Assembly: GCA_965206745.1 (NCBI GenBank)
Contig: OZ242220.1
Coordinates: 352,001 to 416,000, forward strand
DNA: 64,000 nucleotides
DNA from: Nitrosopumilus sp.
Lineage (GTDB): Archaea > Thermoproteota > Nitrososphaeria > Nitrososphaerales > Nitrosopumilaceae
Reading direction: 5' to 3'
Below, piece by piece: positions 1 to 8,877 of the stretch (positions are counted from its first letter, which is position 1; every line of letters begins with the position of its first letter). Both the position numbers and the translations under genes were made by a program. Below the pieces are notes generated by a model. The model was not told where the DNA came from. It worked only from the letters and a program-made list of their open reading frames with translations, and did not search any database.

Positions 1-178
1 TACCTTGACAGCGAGGATCGACGTCAGGCTCATTGTAAATCATTGATGTATAACATTGAAATTGATAAAAAAATAGACTAAATTTTCGTAATTTGAACTA
101 AAATTATATAATATTTACACATATTCCTTGAATATTTATAATATATTGGAGGAAATGAGTAATTCCCAAAACTCTTAC

Positions 179-186
179 TTTATATT
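179..186 (+). promoter_or_regulatory. Archaeal TATA box for amoC
   Basis: TTTATATT about 25 nt upstream of ATG 209, the typical spacing for a leaderless archaeal transcript. Confidence 0.5.
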
Positions 187-208
187 CCGAATTCACATGA
201 TGATAATC

Positions 209-772
209 ATGGCACAGATGCCCGCATTAATCCCAAAAGAAGTTGAGATCCAGAGACTAAAGAAAATCTGGCTCATCGTTATTGCTATGGGTTCTACTGC
301 AGCATCAGTCGAAGTGGACAACTTCGTTGATGGTTCTTTGCATCAAACCTCTATCAGAGATAGTGCTTTCACACCAGCACACTGGTGGCTATACTCCCAC
401 TTTGTGGCATTACCACTTGGATGGGGTGCAGCAGCAATCTATGATAGAAAAGTTCCAGTTCTTAGAGGCCCAAATAATTCAATGAACACTGGATTGAAGA
501 TGACCATTCTTGGTTATCTTGCAACCATGTTTACGATTGGTGTCAATGAGATGTGGCATTTCTGGTTTGTAGAGGAGATCTTTGCAGTTCCAAACCACTG
601 GATGTTTAACATGGGAGTCGTAGTGGCTTTCATGGGCGCACTTGCATACGTAGTCAGAGTATACGCTCGACTCGTAGAACTTGGTGCAGAAACTCCTGGT
701 GAGAACCCATACGTTGCCGAGATGTACAAGATGGCCTTGGAAGGCAAATTGTACAGCAGAGCAATTCCTTAG
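209..772 (+). CDS. amoC: Ammonia monooxygenase subunit C
   Basis: MAQMPALIPKEVEIQRLKKIW...DGSLHQTSIRDSAFTPAHWW is the archaeal AmoC sequence with D-x3-H/H metal ligands. Start set at ATG 209 (200 is possible); the ORF-track start at 128 is too far upstream. Confidence 0.97.
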   Translation: MAQMPALIPKEVEIQRLKKIWLIVIAMGSTAASVEVDNFVDGSLHQTSIRDSAFTPAHWWLYSHFVALPLGWGAAAIYDRKVPVLRGPNNSMNTGLKMTILGYLATMFTIGVNEMWHFWFVEEIFAVPNHWMFNMGVVVAFMGALAYVVRVYARLVELGAETPGENPYVAEMYKMALEGKLYSRAIP

Positions 773-885
773 AAAAAGTGCATTAGCACCTTTTTTCTCT
801 TTTATATGGTAAAAATGACGTAGATCGTACATGTCACAAAGCATTAAGAAAGACTTAAAAGAATCCGAATTAGAATAATTCCAGA

Positions 886-1248
886 ATGACTCTTCCTAAA
901 GGATTCGGTTCTGGCGGCGCTGGTGGATCATCAAGTGCCGATGTAGAACGAATGATTGGTAGACGCGTTGAAAACATGACTGGCATAATAACTATTTCAT
1001 TCTGGGCAGCATGGCTGGCAACTTTTGGTGGAACTGCAGCAGGGTATTTCTATTATCCGTGGGCATATCCAACACCAAGTGGTCATTTTGCATTCATCGT
1101 ATTGACAATCATTGAGGCAATAGGTTACATCTTCTGTGTTAAGGTCATGGAAGAAGGTTCCAACAAAAATAGTAATGGTATTGTAGCTGGCAGCATTGCT
1201 GCAGTGACTGTAGGTACCATCTTCATATCACTATACGTTGGTAACTAG
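886..1248 (+). CDS. amoX: Ammonia monooxygenase subunit X
   Basis: Small membrane protein (PKGFGSGGAGG...VERMIGRRVE...YPWAYPTPSGH) lying between amoC and amoA. Confidence 0.9.
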   Translation: MTLPKGFGSGGAGGSSSADVERMIGRRVENMTGIITISFWAAWLATFGGTAAGYFYYPWAYPTPSGHFAFIVLTIIEAIGYIFCVKVMEEGSNKNSNGIVAGSIAAVTVGTIFISLYVGN

Positions 1249-1289
1249 AAGGCAACCCCCTTCAGACACTTCTTTTTCATTTTTAAATT

Positions 1290-2018
1290 ACACAGGCGAT
1301 CCCCGCCACGCTTGTACTGAAGGTATTGCCTTGTCGTATGGGCCTGATAACTTGTTTGATCTTACCCTTTAGGCACCTCATGGAACAGATCAATCGCTAC
1401 CAGTCATCATATCTTATGCCCATTTTGGGCTCACGAATCGCTTTTTTAGTATTTTTCCAAATACCAGAGTATGACATTTGCTATCTGATGAAAGGCAAGG
1501 ACCTCTTTACTACAATGGCCTGTAGTCCTTTGATGGGTCCGCTCTGGCAATCACACCTTTAGCGTTCTAAAGATTCCCTGTCTTTACCTGTCTACTGATG
1601 GTATGGATGTTTGAGAAAACGATACTTGCAAAATCCCTCCCCAAACATGGATTTGATTTTGACCTCTTTTCTGTTTGGCCTTGCTGAATCTCGTCTTTTA
1701 TACGCCGTATCTCATCCTAACCATTCATCCCCTGGATATTTTGTCCGATGATTCCTGCATATCCTTGATCATACCACCCAACAATCTTGATGCCTGTTGC
1801 AGATGTGTACCTGCAATATCTTTCTGCCTCTTCTGGATTGGCCTGCATTGACAGATTTTATCCCTCAGATGCATTCGTGCTGATTTGATGATAATCTGAT
1901 ATTGAAGATGCATTACATCGATATTTGCCCGATTTTCGGCCTTGGTCTCCTCATCCCGCATCCTGATCGCCATATCTGATAATAATCGCCGTGCACGCCT
2001 AAAATCAGGCCAAATCAC
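1290..2018 (-). pseudogene. Possible decayed gene in the amoX-amoA spacer
   Basis: A 97-aa charged helical ORF (1725-2018) is followed by further stop-interrupted protein-like frames (DEIRRIKDEIQQGQ...). No family recognised. Confidence 0.25.
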
Positions 2019-2056
2019 TCTCTATATAATAGCAGATCTTCATCAGACTCTAAAAT

Positions 2057-2064
2057 TTTATATA
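2057..2064 (+). promoter_or_regulatory. TATA box for amoA
   Basis: TTTATATA with an A-rich BRE-like run upstream, about 25 nt before ATG 2087. Confidence 0.55.
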
Positions 2065-2086
2065 TTGACCGTTTCATCAACTTGAT

Positions 2087-2737
2087 ATGGTCTGGTTAAG
2101 ACGATGTACACACTACTTGTTCATAGTAGTGGTTGCAGTTAACTCTACACTGTTAACAATTAATGCAGGAGATTACATCTTCTACACTGACTGGGCTTGG
2201 ACTTCGTACACGGTATTTTCAATATCGCAGACGTTGATGCTTATTGTAGGTGCTACATACTATCTTACATTTACGGGCGTTCCAGGCACAGCAACGTACT
2301 ACGCTCTAATTATGACAGTATACACATGGATAGCAAAAGGTGCATGGTTTGCACTCGGATACCCATATGACTTCATTGTAACTCCAGTTTGGCTACCCTC
2401 AGCGATGCTGTTGGACTTGGTTTACTGGGCAACAAAGAAGAACAAGCACTCCTTGATACTGTTTGGCGGCGTACTGGTAGGAATGTCATTACCATTGTTC
2501 AACATGGTAAACCTGATAACAGTAGCAGACCCACTAGAAACGGCATTCAAATATCCAAGACCGACATTGCCACCCTACATGACACCGATAGAACCGCAGG
2601 TAGGCAAGTTCTATAACAGCCCAGTTGCTCTCGGTGCGGGTGCAGGTGCGGTGTTGGCGTGTACGTTTGCAGCCCTGGGTTGTAAATTGAACACTTGGAC
2701 ATACAGATGGATGGCCGCTTGGTCAAAGTGGGACTAG
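2087..2737 (+). CDS. amoA: Ammonia monooxygenase subunit A
   Basis: MVWLRRCTHYLFIVVVAVNSTLLTINAGDYIFYTDWAWTS...YRWMAAWSKWD, canonical 216-aa archaeal AmoA. Confidence 0.99.
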   Translation: MVWLRRCTHYLFIVVVAVNSTLLTINAGDYIFYTDWAWTSYTVFSISQTLMLIVGATYYLTFTGVPGTATYYALIMTVYTWIAKGAWFALGYPYDFIVTPVWLPSAMLLDLVYWATKKNKHSLILFGGVLVGMSLPLFNMVNLITVADPLETAFKYPRPTLPPYMTPIEPQVGKFYNSPVALGAGAGAVLACTFAALGCKLNTWTYRWMAAWSKWD

Positions 2738-2833
2738 ATACTCCAACCTTTTCATTTTATTATTTGTCCTTAGGGGAACCTCTGCAAAAAATCCCGGCTC
2801 TGAAAATTCAAAAAACCCTTGGCTTGAATTTTT

Positions 2834-3709
2834 CTAATAGTTTTTAATCAGCAGTTCAAAGTGCCCGGTTCGTTTTTTAGAGTTTGAGTTGATGGAGCGG
2901 TTTGCCCGTATCCTGTCAATACTCCAGGTCTTCTTTGGGAACATCCCTGCGACCTCTTTGGAGTCCGAGTTTGAGAGCAGTACCTGGCATCCCTTGGAGT
3001 CTAGTTTCATGCAGAGTTCTGCCAGTCTTTGGAGGTCCTCATACGTGAAACTCTTGTTTGTATAGCTTGTAAAGTTGGCAGTCTCGCTGACTGGCTGGTA
3101 TGGGGGATCAAAGTATACCAGATCACCTTTCTTTGCATCCCGAAGTACCGACTCAAAGTCCCTGCATTTTATGGCAACCTTGCTTGACTGTAAAATGGCA
3201 CTCACCGAGCGTAGATTTTCCTCGTTTACTATGTTGGGGTTTGCATAGCTGCCTAGGGGCACGTTGAACTTTCCCTTGCTGTTGACCCTGTACAGTCCAT
3301 TAAAGCAGGTCTTGTTCAAAAAGAGCAGCCTTGATGTCTTTTCGATCTCGCTTCTTGGGTTTGACTCCCTGACTGAATAATAGTATTTTTTAGAATCCTT
3401 TTGATAGTTTTTCCCGTGACTCTTCAACGATGATATCAGCTCGTCAATTCTGTTTCGAATTGTAGTGTATGTCAGAACCAGATCCGAGTTCAAATCTGAG
3501 ATGCTGCATTTCTGGGCACTCCTCTCAGTTAGGATGTGGAACAGTAATGCGCCCCCGCCCAAAAATGGCTCATAGTAGGTGCCGAAAGTTTTGGGCAGAT
3601 TATCATTTAGTATCGGAATCAGCTGGCGCTTGCCTCCGGCCCATTTTACAAATGGCTTTGGAGTTGTAGTTACTAGGCTGTAAACTTGTTTCAATGGTTG
3701 TATTTGCAA
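2834..3709 (-). CDS. dam: Dam-family (D12 class) N6-adenine DNA methyltransferase, apparently orphan
   Basis: KWAGGK, EPFLGGG (SAM binding), FNGLYRVN and DPPY catalytic motifs; no adjacent endonuclease. Confidence 0.92.
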   Translation of the reverse strand: MQIQPLKQVYSLVTTTPKPFVKWAGGKRQLIPILNDNLPKTFGTYYEPFLGGGALLFHILTERSAQKCSISDLNSDLVLTYTTIRNRIDELISSLKSHGKNYQKDSKKYYYSVRESNPRSEIEKTSRLLFLNKTCFNGLYRVNSKGKFNVPLGSYANPNIVNEENLRSVSAILQSSKVAIKCRDFESVLRDAKKGDLVYFDPPYQPVSETANFTSYTNKSFTYEDLQRLAELCMKLDSKGCQVLLSNSDSKEVAGMFPKKTWSIDRIRANRSINSNSKKRTGHFELLIKNY

Positions 3710-3914
3710 AAGTCATTAACAGTACTATACACAAAATAATTTGATCTGGAACTATCTTTTTTCTAGTCACCAAATAGGTTAAATAGAAATTTCGTAAATC
3801 CCAAAATTCAGGGGTTTGGAGGATCTCCTGATGGAACGCTGCAGTGAAACCTTTTGCAGTGCAACTATGGGGCCGGAATTTATTAGCCATAGAATCTGTG
3901 ATGATTTAGGAGAA

Positions 3915-3988
3915 AGCTTCGAACGGGATCTGAACCCGTGACCTTTACATTACCAATGTAACGCTCTACCAGACTGAGCTATCGAAGC
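3915..3988 (-). tRNA. tRNA-Thr(GGT)
   Basis: Reverse complement GCTTCGA-TAGCTCAGTCTGGTAGAGC-G-TTACA-TTGGTAA-TGTAA-AGGTC-ACGGG-TTCAGAT-CCCGT-TCGAAGC-T folds as a full cloverleaf. Confidence 0.95.
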
Positions 3989-4079
3989 ATAAATTCACCC
4001 TGTGGAAAATCCTTATAATTCTTCATTCTGGGCAAATTTGCTCTAAACTGTTAAATTTCACTCAGATTTTTATCCTTTT

Positions 4080-4201
4080 GGAGGAGTAATCAAGCCTGGC
4101 CAAAGTAAGCACTCTGTGCTTTTGGACATGCAGGACTTAAGATCAAATAATGGGTGATCCTGTCTCTCAGGAGTTCGTGGGTTCGAATCCCACCTCCTCC
4201 A
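4080..4201 (+). tRNA. tRNA-Leu(TAA) with two introns (about 4106-4127 in the D arm, 4142-4156 at canonical 37/38)
   Basis: Acceptor GGAGGAG/CTCCTCC, anticodon arm CAGGA-CTTAAGA-TCCTG, long variable arm and GTGGG-TTCGAAT-CCCAC. The D stem ATC/GAT forms only after removing a bulge-helix-bulge-flanked 22-nt insert. Confidence 0.9.
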
Positions 4202-4203
4202 CC

Positions 4204-4590
4204 TTATCTTGGATTCTTGATTCCTCGGGAGTTTAGAACCTCGTAGACGTCTGGCAGCGAGAATACAAATCCGACATGTACGCAGTCCTTCTCATCGCAG
4301 AGCTGGCAAAACAGCTCCCCTTTCTGAATTGCAACCTCGGCAATCCTGTTTTTGATATTATCTTTTAGAACAACACGGTCATCATCAACTGAAATCTTTT
4401 CAATCTTTGGAGCATACCTTGCAAAGGTCTTGTCCTTTTGCATCATCTCCTCTAGCATATAGGTTACATAGCCGGCAAAACTGTTGACACCCTTCATTGT
4501 CAGGTCGTCTTTACTCTTTTGATAAACTTCGTGGAATTTATCATAGACAGTCTCTGAAACAGTGATTGATTTGAATCCGGCTTTTGGCAA
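4204..4590 (-). CDS. Conserved thaumarchaeal protein with N-terminal RHH-like segment and C-terminal Zn-binding motif
   Basis: PKAGFKSITVSETVYDKF... and CQLCDEKDCVH; likely TTG start at 4590. Confidence 0.7.
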   Translation of the reverse strand: MPKAGFKSITVSETVYDKFHEVYQKSKDDLTMKGVNSFAGYVTYMLEEMMQKDKTFARYAPKIEKISVDDDRVVLKDNIKNRIAEVAIQKGELFCQLCDEKDCVHVGFVFSLPDVYEVLNSRGIKNPR

Positions 4591-4791
4591 TTTACTTTTC
4601 CTTACCGTACAATAAAGTACTCCTGTATATAACGTTTTATTCCAAATACGAGACGATCCACTCAAAGGACTGGGCATGAAGATATCTCAGATAATATTGA
4701 TTCATGCCTATCTGAAGGGTGTGAGGACATACAAAGATGCTGATTCCAGATCAAAATCAGTCTTTATAGAATACCATACCCTAGGAGCAGC

Positions 4792-5685
4792 ATGGGAAGA
4801 GGCTACTCCACTGAGGAGATAAGGGAAAGACTGATCCTGCTTTTGGATGATACCGTCTCTGGAATGTCCGGAGTTGAGATCTCTGAAAAACTTGGAATTA
4901 ACAGGGTCACTGTCTCAAAGTATCTCAAGGTCTTTGCAGCAGAAGGACTGCTCCGACAGAAAAACATTGGAAACCTGACTCTGTGGTTTCTAGAGCCGGG
5001 GCAAGAGTCCTTTAGTTTTCCCGATGATTACTTCAAGGTGTCTGCACAGTATCTTGACTATCTGATTAAGGGTACTGAGGATCAGGTCTACTCCCTTGTT
5101 CGGAACTGCCTGCACTCCGGGGGTGCAGTAAACCGCCTGGTACTGGAGGTGATCTTTCCCTCAATTGATCATCTCAGGGGACTGTACGATGACGGAAAGA
5201 TTGGAACCTCCGAGCAGAATCTCCTGACTAACACCATCTCAAAATCACTTCAAATCTTCAACCAGATCCCAGTCGTCGCTGATCCAAAAAAGAACATAAT
5301 ATCCATTGCAGCCGATGCACAGAGCCGGCTGTACTCTGAGGCCGCCTCTGCAGTGTATCATTCTGATGGATGGACAGTCTCGGATTTGGGGGACATGTCA
5401 CCTGCCATCAATGTATTGTTTGATCTTGATCTTCAAAAGTTGATAGGAAGGGTCTGGAAGCAAAAGCCTGGCATCCTGATTATAGCCGTCTTCTCCCAGA
5501 CTGATCAAGGACTAAACTTTTTTGCAGATTCAATAAATCCGATAAAGGCCAAATCCGGAAAACAGATGAAGCTGGCACTCTGTGGCAGGGTATCGAAAAA
5601 AACCAAGATCCGCTCTGACCTGACATCTGAAAAAATCGGGGACATCCTGCAGTGGTCTGCAACCGTATCCCAGAATTTAAAGTGA
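4792..5685 (+). CDS. Winged-HTH transcription regulator with B12-binding-like cap and Rossmann domains
   Basis: N-terminal HTH (SGVEISEKLGINRVTVSKYL), then LEVIFPSIDHLRGLYDDGKIGTSEQ B12-binding_2-like helix and GWTVSDLG. Confidence 0.75.
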   Translation: MGRGYSTEEIRERLILLLDDTVSGMSGVEISEKLGINRVTVSKYLKVFAAEGLLRQKNIGNLTLWFLEPGQESFSFPDDYFKVSAQYLDYLIKGTEDQVYSLVRNCLHSGGAVNRLVLEVIFPSIDHLRGLYDDGKIGTSEQNLLTNTISKSLQIFNQIPVVADPKKNIISIAADAQSRLYSEAASAVYHSDGWTVSDLGDMSPAINVLFDLDLQKLIGRVWKQKPGILIIAVFSQTDQGLNFFADSINPIKAKSGKQMKLALCGRVSKKTKIRSDLTSEKIGDILQWSATVSQNLK

Positions 5686-5697
5686 TATGGATACTGC

Positions 5698-6291
5698 CTA
5701 TTCCTTGACTGACAGAATCATCTTTTCGAGCTCTGCATCCCTCTCTACAATCTCACTGATCCTCTCCTCTGAAACCGTAATGCCCAGGTCAATGATTCCC
5801 TGCAGTGCGCTCTTTCTTACCTCCATGTCAGAATCCAGCACTGCCTCAAGAAAGACCTCTCTTGCCTCTGCAGCCCTCAGATGACCTAGTGCCCCAAGCG
5901 CGCATGATCTTACCATGGAATACTCATCCTTTGCAAGCTTTATTATCTGTGGAATGGCAGCAGCCTCGCCCCTGTTTGCCAGTACCAGTGATGCAAAACC
6001 CCTGATATTCTTGTTTGCAGTATCCAGACTATTGATTAGAAACTGCGAGATATTGTTCCTGTTTAGCAAAAGGGAGCTAAATGCCTCTCCCCTGACCTGA
6101 AGATCCTCATCATCGAGCTTTGAAATCATCTGCTTCAAGATCTCCGGATCGTCTGTGTTGTCTAGTGCCTCCAAAGCCCTGATCTTTGCCTCACTGTTTC
6201 CCGTCTCTAAAACTTTTGAAATATCTTCCAAGTTCTGACCCTGTTTTCCCCTCCTAGTTAATAACGGTTCAAATCCTTCATTTTTCTTCAT
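5698..6291 (-). CDS. HEAT/PBS-lyase repeat protein
   Basis: Repeated D-x-x-x-VR-x-x-A-x-x-AL units. Confidence 0.85.
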   Translation of the reverse strand: MKKNEGFEPLLTRRGKQGQNLEDISKVLETGNSEAKIRALEALDNTDDPEILKQMISKLDDEDLQVRGEAFSSLLLNRNNISQFLINSLDTANKNIRGFASLVLANRGEAAAIPQIIKLAKDEYSMVRSCALGALGHLRAAEAREVFLEAVLDSDMEVRKSALQGIIDLGITVSEERISEIVERDAELEKMILSVKE

Positions 6292-6345
6292 CTGATTCAG
6301 CGATACTCTTTTAGCTTTAAATTATCCTCAAATACCAAACTCTGC

Positions 6346-6633
6346 ATGTTAGATGAAACCCGAGATACAGTATTCATTGGTAAAAAGCCACTGATGGCAT
6401 ATGTGACATCAGCGCTTATTCAACTGGCAAACTTACCATCCGTCAACATCAAAGCTAGAGGACTCAGCATAGGTCGTGCTGTGGATGTAGCTCAAATCAT
6501 TGCAAGAAAGACAGAAAATGCAGGCTACTCTATCGGAGCAATCAAGATCGGCTCAGAGTCACTAGAGTCACAAGACGGCAGAACTAGAAACGTTTCAACA
6601 ATAGAAATTGAAGTAAAGAGAGTTACGTCCTAA
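6346..6633 (+). CDS. albA: DNA/RNA-binding protein Alba
   Basis: IGKKPLMAYV, IKARGLSIGRAVDVA, RNVSTIEI. Confidence 0.95.
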   Translation: MLDETRDTVFIGKKPLMAYVTSALIQLANLPSVNIKARGLSIGRAVDVAQIIARKTENAGYSIGAIKIGSESLESQDGRTRNVSTIEIEVKRVTS

Positions 6634-6654
6634 TCGTACTTTACTTGAAATTTT

Positions 6655-7524
6655 TTATTTTATCATCTTTTTGGCCTTGTACTTTTTCTCCATCTTTCTA
6701 AACTTTGAGAGCTCGACTAGATCATTGAACTGATCAAAGTTGACGACCTTCTGCCTGTACCTTGCAGTGTCCCCGGATTTTTTCAACTCAGTCAGTATGT
6801 TCATTGTTGCAAACGCGTTTGCATACAGGACTGATAGTGGATACAGAATAATGTTGAATCCCATCTTGCTTAGTGTCTGGGCTGAGCTCTGCGGGGTCGC
6901 TCCCCCCTCGATCATGTTTGCCACCAGCGGCGCGTTGATCCGTCTTCCTATCTCCCTCATCTCGTCTGCTGATTCTGGCGCCTCGACAAAGACTGCATCT
7001 GCACCTGTCTTTCTGTTTTGCCTTCCGCGTGCAATTGCCTCATCGAGTCCTCCGGTAGCCCTTGCATCGGTCCTTGCAACTATGATGAAATCCTTGCTTT
7101 CCCGCGCATCAACTGCAGCAGACAGCTTTTCTGTGTACTCCTCCTGTGAGACTGTCTCCTTTCCCTGCATGTGGCCGCATCTCTTGGGCCATCTCTGGTC
7201 CTCCAGAAACATCCCTGATGCGCCGGCTGATTCTAGCTCCCTTACCAGTTTCCAGACACTCAAGGCGTTTCCGTATCCGGTATCTGCATCAACAATCACC
7301 GGAACAGAGACTGCCCTGCAAATTCTTCTGGCATTATCCACAGTTTCAGCAGCACCGATAAACCCATAGTCTGGCATTCCAAACAGCGTGGCTGACGTCC
7401 CATATCCAGTTTGAAACATTGCATCAAATCCCACCTTTTGTGCAATCTTTGCACCAAGTGCGTCATAGACGCCTGGAATGACCAGTGGTTTTCTTGATTT
7501 TAGCATGCCCTTTAGATTCTTCAT
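6655..7524 (-). CDS. prpB: Isocitrate lyase/PEP mutase family enzyme (methylisocitrate lyase-like)
   Basis: DADTGYG, EDQRWPKRCGH, IVARTDA and NMIEGG motifs. Confidence 0.85.
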   Translation of the reverse strand: MKNLKGMLKSRKPLVIPGVYDALGAKIAQKVGFDAMFQTGYGTSATLFGMPDYGFIGAAETVDNARRICRAVSVPVIVDADTGYGNALSVWKLVRELESAGASGMFLEDQRWPKRCGHMQGKETVSQEEYTEKLSAAVDARESKDFIIVARTDARATGGLDEAIARGRQNRKTGADAVFVEAPESADEMREIGRRINAPLVANMIEGGATPQSSAQTLSKMGFNIILYPLSVLYANAFATMNILTELKKSGDTARYRQKVVNFDQFNDLVELSKFRKMEKKYKAKKMIK

Positions 7525-7592
7525 AACTGTGCTGTCTCTTTCAATTATTTATGATTTTAATCAGTGGCCTGTATTCCCGAGTGACACCCTGA

Positions 7593-8105
7593 TTACTCTA
7601 TCTTGATCTCTTTGCCCTTCTTCTTTGCCTGTCTTTCCTGGATCTTTGCTAGCTCATCCTCCAGGAATTTCCTGTACCTGTCAGTCTCATCGTCGTTCAT
7701 GCTGGCATAGTTGGAGCTTAGAATGGATCCCATTGCCGAAATCTTCTCCAGCAGATCTGCTGCCACAAACCGTCCGACATTGCCCAACCTGAACAAGACC
7801 TCTAGCTGCTTCTTGAGGATGTCATTTACCTTGTCTACATCCTCTGCCGTCTCCTTTCCCTTCCTTGTCAGCTGGTATCTTCCGTCCTTGGCCTCCTCAA
7901 TGAGGCCCTCGTCTAGCAGCCTGCCCAGTAACGGATAGATCAGTCCCGGTGACGGCTTCCAGATGCCGTTGCTCTGCTCTGCAGCATAGTCAATGATCTC
8001 CTTTCCCGTATGCGGCGTCTTTTTTAGCAGCTCCAGGATAAAGTACCTTGAGAATCCTCTTGGTACGGAGCTTCCCACCCTTTGAAACCACTCTGAGATC
8101 ATCAC
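7593..8105 (-). CDS. PadR-family transcriptional regulator
   Basis: ILELL...HTGKEI...WKPSPGLIYPLLGRLLDEGLI...YQLTRKG. Confidence 0.9.
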   Translation of the reverse strand: MMISEWFQRVGSSVPRGFSRYFILELLKKTPHTGKEIIDYAAEQSNGIWKPSPGLIYPLLGRLLDEGLIEEAKDGRYQLTRKGKETAEDVDKVNDILKKQLEVLFRLGNVGRFVAADLLEKISAMGSILSSNYASMNDDETDRYRKFLEDELAKIQERQAKKKGKEIKIE

Positions 8106-8877
8106 TAGTAATATCGCTAGTGATATACTTTAATGTTTTGTGTATCGATTCGTATGGTACTATCCCAGAATTAGGGCTTTGTATCCTTTCCAGGTTCTTG
8201 GTATGTTGGGTCAAAATCTGTCTGATATGGCAAAACTTTGATGATTCCCGAACCGTATAATTGAACTGATTAACTTTGAGTATGTACCGATCATCCAAAT
8301 TTCCAGAACTGAGTTTGAAGGTATTCTGTATTGGAACTGTTAATTCAAATGCATTTTTCTAATGCCTGCACACAGGCATTATCAATTCTATGATCTTTTG
8401 GTTTGATTCTGCCAAATTACAAACCTGAAGAAAAAGGCAGAACCATCCAAGTCCGATGGAATCGCTGCAGTCCGGAGATGGGGGGGGGGATTCTGAAATT
8501 ATGCTAAATCACAAAATATTGCCAAGATGCAAGGATGAGGGCTTTTCTGTACATCATGTATTGGTGGAAGATTATTCCAAAACATACAGTCTGCATGACG
8601 TGCATCTTTGAGGGTGCCAGATGTGATTGTACATTGATTGCAATCTGACACATTTGAAATTTATGCGATCATGTTATCATCCTATCTAGTTCCAAATTGA
8701 TTTGTATGGCACCAATAACTGGCAAAAATCCAATTTTGCATCCTCTGAGCAACAAATGTGGGTTGAAAAATTCAAAAAATCATACTCTATTTTGTAATTA
8801 TTACACATTTTACCCTGTTAACTTGCAGATCGCAGCTGATCAGAACTATCTATATACTATATCATTCAAATTGATCA

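Noticed and set aside
3809-3856. Hammerhead ribozyme-like motif (CTGATGG...GAAAC)
   Set aside because: The core would need CUGANGA; here position 9 is G, stem II is only 2 bp and the GUH site is out of register with stem I
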